Positions 34,042 to 42,890 of a DNA stretch of 64,000 nucleotides are shown here, in pieces (the first letter of the stretch is position 1; each line of letters starts with the position of its first letter). The stretch comes from Nitrospirota bacterium (lineage in GTDB: Bacteria; Nitrospirota; UBA9217), in assembly GCA_963737155.1 (NCBI GenBank), contig CAVTRN010000001.1, forward strand, positions 96,001-160,000. Direction: 5' to 3'. The translations under genes and the position numbers were made by a program. Below the pieces are notes generated by a model. The model did not search any database, was not told where the DNA came from, and worked only from the letters and a program-made list of their open reading frames with translations.

Positions 34042-34326
34042 TTAAGATTTTGGAGGATGTTCGTCTTGAAAGGCAATTAAGAGAGGTTTAATATGTGGAT
34101 TTACGAATATAGCGCTTTTATCCTGAACAAGAGGCAGATGGCCATAGGGGCATTGATGTAAACAAGGCATGTTCCCGTTGGCAGACAGGGCTGGAGCGGC
34201 TTGATGGCAGACGTCGAGATTGCCGATCATAGCATGATTGCCGTGATCGCTGGGAACCGGGAAAGAGAGTTGAACGGCGATGCTGAGCCCTATTGCTATG
34301 AGCACTATGACAGCTTGCCATTTCAT
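34042..34326 (-). CDS. CutF/CruR(DUF2946)-like leader peptide, copy 1
   Basis: Hydrophobic N-terminus, DVCH, CLHQC (CxxxC) and C-terminal EHPPKS. Paralog at 39008. Confidence 0.75.
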   Translation of the reverse strand: MKWQAVIVLIAIGLSIAVQLSFPVPSDHGNHAMIGNLDVCHQAAPALSANGNMPCLHQCPYGHLPLVQDKSAIFVNPHIKPLLIAFQDEHPPKS

Positions 34327-34332
34327 AGGACC

Positions 34333-34361
34333 ACTATAGATGTTTTCCTGGATGGTGTCAA
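34333..34361 (-). promoter_or_regulatory. Sigma-70 promoter giving a leaderless transcript
   Basis: TTGACA-17 nt-TATAGT-6 nt-ATG, with no Shine-Dalgarno. Confidence 0.75.
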
Positions 34362-34615
34362 TGTAATACTAAAATTTAAATAATAGAAGGCTGAGCGTCG
34401 TTCGGTCGGAGAATTGCGATAACGTTACATATTGGCATATGTGCACGCTCATTAGTAGATAATGTTTTCGATGCGTAAAATTATATACGAAAAACTTTAA
34501 TTTTTATGCCATGTTTAAGATATTTCAGCCAAATGCAATTATGTAATTTTTTTGATATGGGCTATCAACAAATCAGGCCATAACCCACATTTACTACTGT
34601 GCACCGTCCTGCGCA

Positions 34616-35230
34616 TCATGTGCCAGTGCTGGTCGTCTCTCTGATAACCTTGACCATTTTTTCGGGACTGTCATCCTGATGGAACAAGTAACTCACTTTC
34701 CCCTCTTTGTCGATGAGATAGACGATATCGGTGCGGTTGATAATGTACCCCGCAGCTGATTTGATGGGTATCTTTTGATAAGAAGCATTATAGGCGTGAA
34801 CCACTTTATCGATTTCTGTTTTGTTTCCGGTCAGACCCACGGCGTTGATGTCGAAATATCTCAAATACTCCTTCAGCCTGGCAGAGGTATCGCGTTGTGG
34901 ATCGACCGTTACGAAAACGGTCATTACCTCTTGACTGGCCGCGCCGAGGAGGGTTCGGACCCTGGCCAACTTGTCCAGTGTCAATGGATAAACGCCCGGA
35001 CAAGAGGTATAACCGAAAAACAAAAGAACGACTTTGCCCCGGTGATCCCTGAGATGGAAAATCTGTCCGTTATCCTCTGTAAGGGTAAAATCCCCGCTAG
35101 GATTAAACGCCTGTTCAAGCCTGGTTGGAACTGGCTTTATGGTAGAATAAGCCCAATAGAGACCCAAAATGACCAATAGGATTGTGCCAGTAGCGAACAA
35201 AGATAATGTAAGTTTTTGTTTTGTCCGCAC
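34616..35230 (-). CDS. SCO1/SenC-family protein with degenerate copper ligands
   Basis: FFGYTSCPGVYP (second Cys is Tyr), VTVDPQRDT, and YIINRTD (His is Arg). GTG 35230 follows GGAGG. Confidence 0.85.
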   Translation of the reverse strand: MRTKQKLTLSLFATGTILLVILGLYWAYSTIKPVPTRLEQAFNPSGDFTLTEDNGQIFHLRDHRGKVVLLFFGYTSCPGVYPLTLDKLARVRTLLGAASQEVMTVFVTVDPQRDTSARLKEYLRYFDINAVGLTGNKTEIDKVVHAYNASYQKIPIKSAAGYIINRTDIVYLIDKEGKVSYLFHQDDSPEKMVKVIRETTSTGT

Positions 35231-35259
35231 GTTTCCTCCGTTTCCCAGCAATCATTCTA

Positions 35260-35670
35260 GAAGATTATCCATCCTCATCCCATTTATGTACATCAGTTTT
35301 TTGGTCACACGACTCCAGCCCTCTAAATAGAGATCGGGATGGAGTCGCCTTCTTCCAGCGATCTCAGCAGATGTATCATCATGAGATGAAAACCGTTCTG
35401 TTTCAAAAGAAGGCGCCATCCCACGATCCGGAGGCTGTCGACCTTCTTTATTACGATTATGTCGCCGACCTTTTCCTTCCAGTATAGCTTCACGTTTGCT
35501 ACTTGTGTGTATCCGAGTGGAGGAACCAGTTCGAGGAAGAGCTGGAGACGGCCTCGATGCCATGTCATATGCAGATTTCACCTGCACATCTTTGATGGGT
35601 TCTTCATAGATTAATAACCTACGGCTTTTAAAATTAATCGTTGACAATAATATCACTCTTTCCTGTTCAT
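35260..35670 (-). pseudogene. PCu(A)C copper chaperone remnant
   Basis: KKVDSLRI...LKQNGFHLMMIHLLRSLEEGDSIPISI matches the PCuAC C-terminal pattern. Frames are broken. Directly upstream of the SCO gene. Confidence 0.65.
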
Positions 35671-35696
35671 AGGTAAAGGGCGCATGGATATTTCCA

Positions 35697-36122
35697 CTAA
35701 AACGAAAATATTTCCCTTGCCCAGCCGGATTCGGTATTTCTGTAGGTTATTTCTCCATCTATGAGGAACATGTCTCCCTTTCGAATGACACGCGGATCAG
35801 GAGAAGCTTTGATCTCCCAGCGAAACTTCCCATGAAACAATTTATCAATACATACGTCTCCGCAACAGGTTGTCATACAGCCTTGTTCGTTTTGTAAAAA
35901 CCGAGCTTTTGCCCGATACCTGACGGTATACTTCCCGTCATCTCCTGCGACGCCTGTGTTTGCAAACTCCACGATCGCCAGTTCACCGGGCCATCGATTC
36001 TTGAGCCAATTTTGCAGATCCGCCCGGGCCCATTTTTCAGAAGGATGATTTGAACAGCCGATGAAAAGCGTTAAAAGGAGGAAGGAGCTTATTATAATAA
36101 TGAGAACTTTATAACGCGACAT
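35697..36122 (-). CDS. Hypothetical lipoprotein with CMTTCCGDVC cluster
   Basis: Lipobox FIGC and GAGGT RBS. Confidence 0.7.
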   Translation of the reverse strand: MSRYKVLIIIISSFLLLTLFIGCSNHPSEKWARADLQNWLKNRWPGELAIVEFANTGVAGDDGKYTVRYRAKARFLQNEQGCMTTCCGDVCIDKLFHGKFRWEIKASPDPRVIRKGDMFLIDGEITYRNTESGWAREIFSF

Positions 36123-36324
36123 TAAGCATACCTCAACATAATTTTCCTTTCCGACTGAGTGATCTGGTTTATTCCCAGAATGCCCATTCTGGGAAATGGT
36201 GTTTACACAGATTATAGAATAGTGAATCCAGTATCATGTATTAATCGAATATTAATCATCATATCTCTTCTGGATTTTTTTTATCGTAAATAATGTTCAT
36301 GGAGGGCCTCTTGGGCTTTATTTA

Positions 36325-36565
36325 ATCGTTAGGTTTTATAACCAACATGCCTGTTCTTCGCACTTGAAACAGTAAAAAAATGGCTCCACTTCAGTAATAT
36401 TCCGGTCTTTAATAGTGAGGTCCGGATATGCTCGAAGTGGAGCCAAGCTTAAAGGGGAGGACAGGCTATGAGTCCCGTCCTCGATGATGCCTTGAGTTGA
36501 TGCATGACCCGCACACATGTCTCTCATGGAGAATAACGTCGGTTCTGTCGTTTGGTTTTAACGAC
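36325..36565 (-). ncRNA. Structured leader/attenuator element, copy B
   Basis: Perfect 12-bp stem 36381-36392/36434-36445 followed by U7 on the minus strand. 9-bp stem at 36457-36482. GTCGTT/AACGAY termini. Confidence 0.65.
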
Positions 36566-36657
36566 GAGAGGAACCAGTATAATACCATGCAGTGACTGAA
36601 TGCCTGTTCAGAATCCCTTTTGGAATGATGATGATAAGTTTCAAAGCAGCGTTATGA

Positions 36658-37380
36658 TTACGGCTTTCCCAGGTTTTCCGCAGCAAAATTCCAGTTAAGG
36701 AGTTTGTCAATAACTGCGTTCACGTAATCAGCGCGCCGGTTCTGATAGTCGAGATAATAGGCATGCTCCCATACATCGATCGTGAGCAGCGGTTTCTTTC
36801 CCTGAGTGATGGGGGTGTCCGCATTGCCTGTCTTGATGACCTTGAGTTTGTCTTGATCCTTCACCAGCCAAGCCCATCCGCTGCCGAATTGGGTTATTGC
36901 CGCGGTCGCCAGCTCTTTCTTGAATGCATCCATACTGCCGAATGATTCCTCGATTATTTTCTTGAGCGCAGCAGGAGGCTCGCCACCGCCACTAGGTTGC
37001 ATGCTCTTCCAATAAAACGCATGGTTCCATGCCTGAGCCGCGTTGTTGAAAATCGCAACTCTGTCCGCTTTGCCGGCTACAGCGGCCACGATCTTCTCAA
37101 GAGGCATCTCAGCAAGATCGGTCCCCGCAATAAGTTTATTCAAGTTGTCGACATAGGCTTTGTGATGTTTTCCATAATGGAATGAAATCGTTTTCGCTGA
37201 AATCACTGGTTCCAGAGCATTCTCTGCATAGGGAAGCGGCGGCAACGCCAGTGGTGCAGATGCATTCGCAATGTGCGGAAATCCCGCAACTGCTGCGGTT
37301 ATAGTCACTCCTGCTGCACCGGCAAGAAAATCTCTTCGGGTGACGCCACTATTGTTCTCTCTATGATCTTGTTGTTCCAT
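36658..37380 (-). CDS. sodB: Fe-type superoxide dismutase with Tat signal
   Basis: TRRDFL Tat motif, [27 protein letters not shown] and DVWEHAYY. Confidence 0.92.
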   Translation of the reverse strand: MEQQDHRENNSGVTRRDFLAGAAGVTITAAVAGFPHIANASAPLALPPLPYAENALEPVISAKTISFHYGKHHKAYVDNLNKLIAGTDLAEMPLEKIVAAVAGKADRVAIFNNAAQAWNHAFYWKSMQPSGGGEPPAALKKIIEESFGSMDAFKKELATAAITQFGSGWAWLVKDQDKLKVIKTGNADTPITQGKKPLLTIDVWEHAYYLDYQNRRADYVNAVIDKLLNWNFAAENLGKP

Positions 37381-37601
37381 CGTGCCTCCTAGTGTTTACA
37401 CAGATGATTATCGTCATTTTTTCACCGGAATGCCCATTCAAGGAAATAGAACCTATTCAGCCTATGGATTGGTGCGTTCCGTGTCGTATATCAAACAGAA
37501 ATGCGCCAGAAAACCACTACGAATCAAAAGAAGTGCAGCAATAGTCAACATACGGTAAATCTGAACACAATTATTTTCGTTAAAAATTAGTGATAATTAT
37601 A

Positions 37602-37631
37602 ACGGGCGGGATAAGCTCCCGCCCGTCTTTT
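37602..37631. terminator. Hairpin terminator after tatA
   Basis: ACGGGCGGGA-TAAGC-TCCCGCCCGT, a perfect 10-bp stem. Confidence 0.7.
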
Positions 37632-37646
37632 CTACAACTTAGGATA

Positions 37647-37874
37647 CTAATTGCCTGAAGGCGGTGCCGTCACGCGAGTGATCTGCTCATCGGTACTTTT
37701 TTGATCGAGGGTAAGTGCGGAATCCTCCTTACCTTCTTTCATAGCCTTTTTAAAGGATTTGATGCTTTTGCCCAAACCTTCACCTAGCTCAGGAAGCTTC
37801 CCGGGACCGAACACGATCAGAACGATCCCCAGGATGATAAGAAGGTGCAGGGGCTGAAATAAGCCTTCGAACAT
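37647..37874 (-). CDS. tatA: Twin-arginine translocase subunit TatA
   Basis: [36 protein letters not shown]. Confidence 0.95.
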   Translation of the reverse strand: MFEGLFQPLHLLIILGIVLIVFGPGKLPELGEGLGKSIKSFKKAMKEGKEDSALTLDQKSTDEQITRVTAPPSGN

Positions 37875-37937
37875 GATATTCTCCTTCCCCGTCGATCAGG
37901 ATGCAGTCAAAAGACACGCGGATCGACCTCCGGGCTT

Positions 37938-38735
37938 TTATGTGCTAGGTATCGAATCGTAAGTCTGCATTGGCGACGGTGGATTCTGGCCGTGGCAGTC
38001 CGCGCAATTGTTCTGAGAGGTAATGCCGTTAGTGAGAACGTTGTAGAGCGGTTTGTGCTTCGGCTTGTACGTGCCGTCCACATAGGCATTCAGCATCGTC
38101 GTCGCTTCCGCGGCCACATTCGCGGCAAGGCGGGCGCACCGTTCCTGTCTTTCGTTGGAAAGGAATGCCGCACCTTCCGCACGCATCCATTTGCCTACGG
38201 AAATGTGGCATACGGGGGTACCCGCCAAGGTCATATGTTTGATTTGCGCTTTCAGCACCTTGGTCGGCGTGAAGCTCGGCAGCTCCGTATAGGAATAATA
38301 GAATGCAAGGTCGTTGACCATAGCTTCAGCAATGTCGGTGTCTTTGGTCACGAGGCCGATAACCACACCAGCTCCTGGCATGGTTCCGCACAGTGCGCCC
38401 CAGCCCGCCATGCCGCCGTGGGCCCAACGGTAGGCATCGATCGGGAAATTACTCCATCCGGCCGCGCCTTTTTTCTTAAGGTTCTCGGCAAAGCCCGCAA
38501 TGACTGATGAGGTGCACCATTTCGCGAAATAGTTTTCATAGGTTGTCTGTGCCACATCCTGCGGGTTGAGCTTTATATACTTATATGAGGCTGCCCCGGA
38601 ATTTTCATAGGCATCGGATTTTTTTACGGCTTGAAGAACACCCATGGTCGCGATTGCGGTCGCAGCGGCAATTTTGCCGCCATTGACCAACATATCTCTT
38701 CTGGACATTTCTTTTTTATCGTCTAAAGGGTTCAT
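37938..38735 (-). CDS. Split-Soret cytochrome c-like / C-GCAxxG-C-C family protein with Tat signal
   Basis: MSRRDML, GWGALCG, PVCHISV.KW, ERCARL and C-terminal CADCH. AGGAGG before ATG 38735. Confidence 0.8.
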   Translation of the reverse strand: MNPLDDKKEMSRRDMLVNGGKIAAATAIATMGVLQAVKKSDAYENSGAASYKYIKLNPQDVAQTTYENYFAKWCTSSVIAGFAENLKKKGAAGWSNFPIDAYRWAHGGMAGWGALCGTMPGAGVVIGLVTKDTDIAEAMVNDLAFYYSYTELPSFTPTKVLKAQIKHMTLAGTPVCHISVGKWMRAEGAAFLSNERQERCARLAANVAAEATTMLNAYVDGTYKPKHKPLYNVLTNGITSQNNCADCHGQNPPSPMQTYDSIPST

Positions 38736-38762
38736 GAAGGCCTCCTGATAAATTTTTAATTT

Positions 38763-39005
38763 GTCGTTTAGGTTTAATGACCAATGTCTCTGTTCATCGC
38801 ACCTCGAGCTAAAAAATGACTCCACTCCAGAAATATTCTGGTCTTTGAATAGTGAAGGTCGGATATCCCCGAAGTGGAGTCGAGCTTTAAAGGGGAGGAC
38901 AGGCTATGAGTCCTGTCCTCAGTGATGCCTTGAACAGACGCATGAGTATGCGCACATGCTTCTTTTGAAGAAACACGTTAGCTCTGAACTTCGGTTTTTA
39001 AAGAT
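38763..39005 (-). ncRNA. Structured leader/attenuator element, copy C
   Basis: Homologous to copy B with a compensatory change in the long stem (GACTCC/GGAGTC) and a perfect 9-bp stem at 38895-38920. U6 tail on the minus strand. Confidence 0.65.
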
Positions 39006-39007
39006 GA

Positions 39008-39292
39008 TTAGGACTTCGGAGGACGTTCGTCTTGAAAGGCAATTAAGAGAGGTTTAATACGTATATTTACGATTTCAGCGGTTTTATCTTGAACAACAGG
39101 CAGATGGCCGTAGAGGCATTGATGTAAACAAGGCATGTTCCCGTTGGCAGACAGGGCTGGAACTGCTTGATGGCAGACGTCGAGATTGCCGATCATAGCA
39201 TGCTTGCCGTGATCGCCGGGAACCGAGAAAGAGGGAGGAACGGCGATGCTGATCCCTATTGCCAAGAGCACAATGACAGCCTGCCATTTCAT
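39008..39292 (-). CDS. CutF/CruR(DUF2946)-like leader peptide, copy 2
   Basis: 94 aa and colinear with 34042-34326. CLHQC and C-terminal ERPPKS. Confidence 0.75.
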   Translation of the reverse strand: MKWQAVIVLLAIGISIAVPPSFSVPGDHGKHAMIGNLDVCHQAVPALSANGNMPCLHQCLYGHLPVVQDKTAEIVNIRIKPLLIAFQDERPPKS

Positions 39293-39298
39293 GATAAA

Positions 39299-39327
39299 AC
39301 TATAAATACTTTCCTATCGGTTGTCAA
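39299..39327 (-). promoter_or_regulatory. Sigma-70 promoter giving a leaderless transcript
   Basis: TTGACA-17 nt-TATAGT-6 nt-ATG. The hexamers are conserved relative to copy 1 while the spacers differ. Confidence 0.75.
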
Positions 39328-39377
39328 CGTAAAGTTGTAATTTTAGAGGGTATTCGTAATTTGGTGTGGGTGGGAGG

Positions 39378-40688
39378 TCAAAAGGCTCCGGACTCAATCA
39401 GTTCTGTTAGTGTGGATATATCCACCCCGTAATTAATTTCCGGCTGATTGTCCAATGTGGATTCCGTCCGGAAACACATTAAGTTATCTGCTGGCCATTT
39501 TTTAAACGCAGATCTTTTAATCTTGTGCATAGATTCTGTGAAGAGAATTTTTGCTCTAAGGGCGTCAAAGGAATAACCACGGCCCAATCGATTCATGACC
39601 CTTATTAAATTGTTGAGAGACTCGGTATAAGCGTTCGTGATTTTATGATCAAAGTACGCAAAAATTTCCTCCTGCCAGTTTTCTGTTGCAGTAATTAATG
39701 GATGGTAGGCTTCGAGAAGATTTTGAGGTATGCTCTGCTGCCATCCGTTATATAAGCCAAGCGCTTCGTTTTTGTCTTTTGCATCCCATATATTGAAGAA
39801 TTGCTCTTTAACCTCGTAAACCTCTTTAATATCCTGATAATTGGCGAACCATGTCGCTAGTATAAGTATTTCTTTTGCAGACAAGTCTTTTTGTCTCTTC
39901 AACAAGACGAATCGATCGTGCATGAGTGTTCGACGTTGGGCTGGCGTGAGAGATTGCCGAATTGATTTACGCACTTTTTCAACCGCCTCGTTTGCCATTC
40001 TGACAACATGAAACTTGTCTATGACTATGGTAGCGTCTGGGAATACTGTATTGACAGCATCTCGATAGGGCTTCCACATATCCATTGCGACATATCGAAC
40101 ACGATCTTTACCATCAAGACCGTTTAGATATTTGATGACAGTCTTTTTATTCCGATCAGGTAAGATATTTACGATTGTGTTGTTCTCGATATTGCTGATG
40201 ACAGCTCTGGGTTTCTTAATAATATGAATCTCATCGATACCCATCCACTGTGGTATCTCGAATCGGACTGTTTTTTCAAGTTCGTTCACATAGTCACGAA
40301 AAATGTTCCGTATAGTACCTTCTGCGACTCCAATCTCATCTGCTATGCTTGTGAAAGTACGGCTAAGTGCCTGGCCGCCGACATATTGAACAAGTCGATC
40401 TGTCATTAGTCTTTTGCTATTTATATGAGGCAGTGCTTCAGTAAAGGTTTTACCGCAGCCCCGGCATTTATACCTACGTACGCCGATATACACGCCTACT
40501 CGCTTGCCATGTATCGTCATATCTTTTACAGTGATGTCATCGGACCCATGCCCTACGACATTATTTGATCCGCAGTGAGGGCATATGGTTGACGGTACCT
40601 TGGTCCTCGCATATATATGATAATCATGCTCTGTTTCTTTGAAATTTATGATCTCATAGGCGTTTAGATTGAGAATATTGATAGGCAT
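39378..40688 (-). CDS. ISL3-family transposase
   Basis: Zinc finger CPHCG...CRGCG, GIDE, AMDMWKPY, DKFHVV and TNAYTESLN. Confidence 0.95.
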   Translation of the reverse strand: MPINILNLNAYEIINFKETEHDYHIYARTKVPSTICPHCGSNNVVGHGSDDITVKDMTIHGKRVGVYIGVRRYKCRGCGKTFTEALPHINSKRLMTDRLVQYVGGQALSRTFTSIADEIGVAEGTIRNIFRDYVNELEKTVRFEIPQWMGIDEIHIIKKPRAVISNIENNTIVNILPDRNKKTVIKYLNGLDGKDRVRYVAMDMWKPYRDAVNTVFPDATIVIDKFHVVRMANEAVEKVRKSIRQSLTPAQRRTLMHDRFVLLKRQKDLSAKEILILATWFANYQDIKEVYEVKEQFFNIWDAKDKNEALGLYNGWQQSIPQNLLEAYHPLITATENWQEEIFAYFDHKITNAYTESLNNLIRVMNRLGRGYSFDALRAKILFTESMHKIKRSAFKKWPADNLMCFRTESTLDNQPEINYGVDISTLTELIESGAF

Positions 40689-41050
40689 TAGGATTCGACC
40701 TCCGGCGGCGTGGGAGGTATCAACGGCGCAAGATTCTCTATCAGGTTTGGTACATGAAACGTCACCACACTCCACATTTCATCCACACCAATCTTATCGT
40801 ACTCGTGAACTAGCACGTTGCGCTGGGCAATTATCTTGCGCCAAGGAATTTCAGGATGATGCTTTTTAAACGCCTCCGTCACTTTGCGAGCGGCCTCTCC
40901 GATGATCTCGATATTGCGTTCGATGGCATCACGTAGCACCTCGTTTTCAGCAAACTCCTCCTGTTTTATCCCGTTAACAAAACGGCGGACCTTCTCTGCT
41001 GCCTGAAGCATGTCCAGGAGATATGCGGCATCCCGTTCATTAGGCCGCAT
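40688..41050 (-). CDS. HepT-like HEPN ribonuclease toxin (DUF86)
   Basis: IIGEA, PEIPW and RNVLVHEY (RX4HXY). Stop overlaps the transposase ATG. Confidence 0.92.
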   Translation of the reverse strand: MRPNERDAAYLLDMLQAAEKVRRFVNGIKQEEFAENEVLRDAIERNIEIIGEAARKVTEAFKKHHPEIPWRKIIAQRNVLVHEYDKIGVDEMWSVVTFHVPNLIENLAPLIPPTPPEVES

Positions 41051-41345
41051 ACAGGACCTCCTTTGTCGTGAGGATCGAGTGCCTGCGGAAAGGATTGCTG
41101 ATGGCCTTTTTCTCGACAAGGTCAACTTCTCTTCCAAATATTGCCTTCAGCTCGTCCAGCATGTCCACGCGATTGTCAAACGTAATACTGCCACCCCGCT
41201 CGAACGTCACCAGCACATCCACGTCGCTGTCGGGACGAAAATCTTCCGTGAGTACCGAACCGAACAAAGAAAATTCCTTGATTTTCCATTTGAGGCAGAA
41301 CTCTTCGATTTTTATCATCGGGATTTGAATATTAGTTTTTAACAT
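41040..41345 (-). CDS. MntA-like minimal nucleotidyltransferase antitoxin
   Basis: LFGS-X10-DVD and GREVDLV. GGAGG RBS. Confidence 0.92.
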   Translation of the reverse strand: MLKTNIQIPMIKIEEFCLKWKIKEFSLFGSVLTEDFRPDSDVDVLVTFERGGSITFDNRVDMLDELKAIFGREVDLVEKKAISNPFRRHSILTTKEVLYAA

Positions 41346-41567
41346 AAGTGCCTCCCACACTAGATTACGATTTGAGTATACATTGTCAATTTGTGAATTT
41401 CAACACTATTTTACGATTTTGCCACGATGTGCACAGGGCATTAAACCAGAGGGAATCCACACTACGTTACGAATACCCATTTTAGATAAGTCTGTTCAGA
41501 ATGACATCCGGTTGGAGAAAATCAACTTGTATTCGTGGTTATTGAACTTCTTCTGAACTCGTTTGTT

Positions 41568-41669
41568 TGTAGATGTAGTCGAGTAAAATATAATATTAGC
41601 GAAGGTGCTGAATTCATTTTGTATCATTGTATTTTGTGACATGGTTTTTTGTCAACGACTCCATCCTGA
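41568..41669 (+). repeat. Dispersed ~100-bp repeat, copy 1
   Basis: TAATATTAGCGAAGGTGCTGAATTCATTTTGTATCATTGTATTTTGTGACATGGTTTT. Confidence 0.8.
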
Positions 41670-42089
41670 GCTAGTACTCGGCATGAATGGGCCAAGAGTG
41701 TAACCTTCACTCTGATTTGTTGATATGCCAGTAACATACCGCCGCTCCATCTCTCGTTGACATCATCGTAAATCGGGCTCGTATTCGTGAAAACAAATAC
41801 AGATGGCTTAATTTCCGCTCCATTTTACTCCGTAATTTAATGCTAATTTCATACTCTTGTAATATTCATCGAATATACTATCGTATATTTACAGGGAAGC
41901 TGGTAGTAAGGTCAGTCCGATAACAGACAATCTGTTAAGATGGCAGGTATTAATGTACGTCCGTCCTCTAAAGATGTGACTAGTGCAGATGCCATTATAT
42001 AACAAACGGTGCCTTGTTATCAAAAAGTCAGGAGATGATATTTGGTTGTGCCGCGGAGTCAAAAATTGTTTTTCAAAGGGTTAATCGTT

Positions 42090-42680
42090 GTGAGGACGTG
42101 GATTTATATCGTTTTTATTCTATGCTGCCTGCTATGGAGTCCAGCAATTGCAGAGGAAAAACCACTGGACTGGACTAAACTCTTTGCGCGCGATGTGGTC
42201 ACCGAGGTAATTAAAACTGTAGACGACGTTCCCGGCGTTAAAGCGAGTTTCTGCGTAAAATCTACGCCCGAGCGTATCTGGTCGGTGCTTACGGGCTATA
42301 GCCATTTCCCCAAAATCTACAAAGGCTTAAAAAAAGTGAATGTTCGTATAAGGAGTAACGTTGGAGCCGAGGTGGAATACGTATATTTAGTTAATTTCCT
42401 GGGTATCTTCAACAAAGAACTGGACTATGTAATAAGCGATCAATATGCCCCGTCTCACCGTCGAATAGTGTGGGAACGCGTATCAGGCGACCTGGACCGA
42501 ATTGAAGGAAGCTGGGAGATCATTGATACCCAGAGGGACGGCACCTATCTTCTTGAGTACTGCTCGTACGTCAAACCGCCTTGGTATATCCCTGAAAGTT
42601 TGGTACAGTCAAAGGCAATGAACAAGGTCAAAGAAATGGCTAATGCTGTTCGCACCTGGGCAGAAAGAAGCGGACAGTAA
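42090..42680 (+). CDS. SRPBCC/polyketide cyclase-family protein, probably secreted
   Basis: PERIWSVLTGY..FP, W..VSGDL..IEGSW and signal peptide (PAIA). Start uncertain (42042 or 42090). Confidence 0.75.
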   Translation: MRTWIYIVFILCCLLWSPAIAEEKPLDWTKLFARDVVTEVIKTVDDVPGVKASFCVKSTPERIWSVLTGYSHFPKIYKGLKKVNVRIRSNVGAEVEYVYLVNFLGIFNKELDYVISDQYAPSHRRIVWERVSGDLDRIEGSWEIIDTQRDGTYLLEYCSYVKPPWYIPESLVQSKAMNKVKEMANAVRTWAERSGQ

Positions 42681-42790
42681 AATCATGCCGGTCTAGGCTC
42701 ATCTCAAACGCTAAAGAGACATAAGTTCTTCCTGTGGCTATGCTTCAACCGGAATCCATTAAAATTTCAATGCATCGAAGCTCCAACAGT

Positions 42791-42890
42791 TGTAAATGAA
42801 GTCATGCTTCATATATTATTAGCGAAGGTGCAGAACTCATTTTGCATCATTGCATTTCGTGATATGGTTTTCTGTCAATGACTACATCCT
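42791..42890 (+). repeat. Dispersed ~100-bp repeat, copy 2
   Basis: TATTAGCGAAGGTGCAGAACTCATTTTGCATCATTGCATTTCGTGATATGGTTTTCTGTCAA. Confidence 0.8.

Larger units (their letters stand above)
39348..41478 (-). mobile_element. ISL3-family element (2131 bp) with MNT-HEPN passenger genes
   Basis: 22-bp TIRs GGGTATTCGTAA(TTTG/CGTA)GTGTGG. 8-bp duplication ATTTTAGA at 39340-39347 and 41479-41486. Confidence 0.93.

Noticed and set aside
34395-34455. TGGCATATGTGCA match to RNA element copy A
   Set aside because: Too short to call a fourth copy or a sigma-54 promoter.
36336-36527. 63-aa ORF inside RNA element copy B
   Set aside because: The frame is not preserved in the other copies, whereas base pairing is.
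37938-38825. Longer 295-aa start for the cytochrome gene
   Set aside because: The extension runs through the RNA element. AGGAGG supports ATG 38735.
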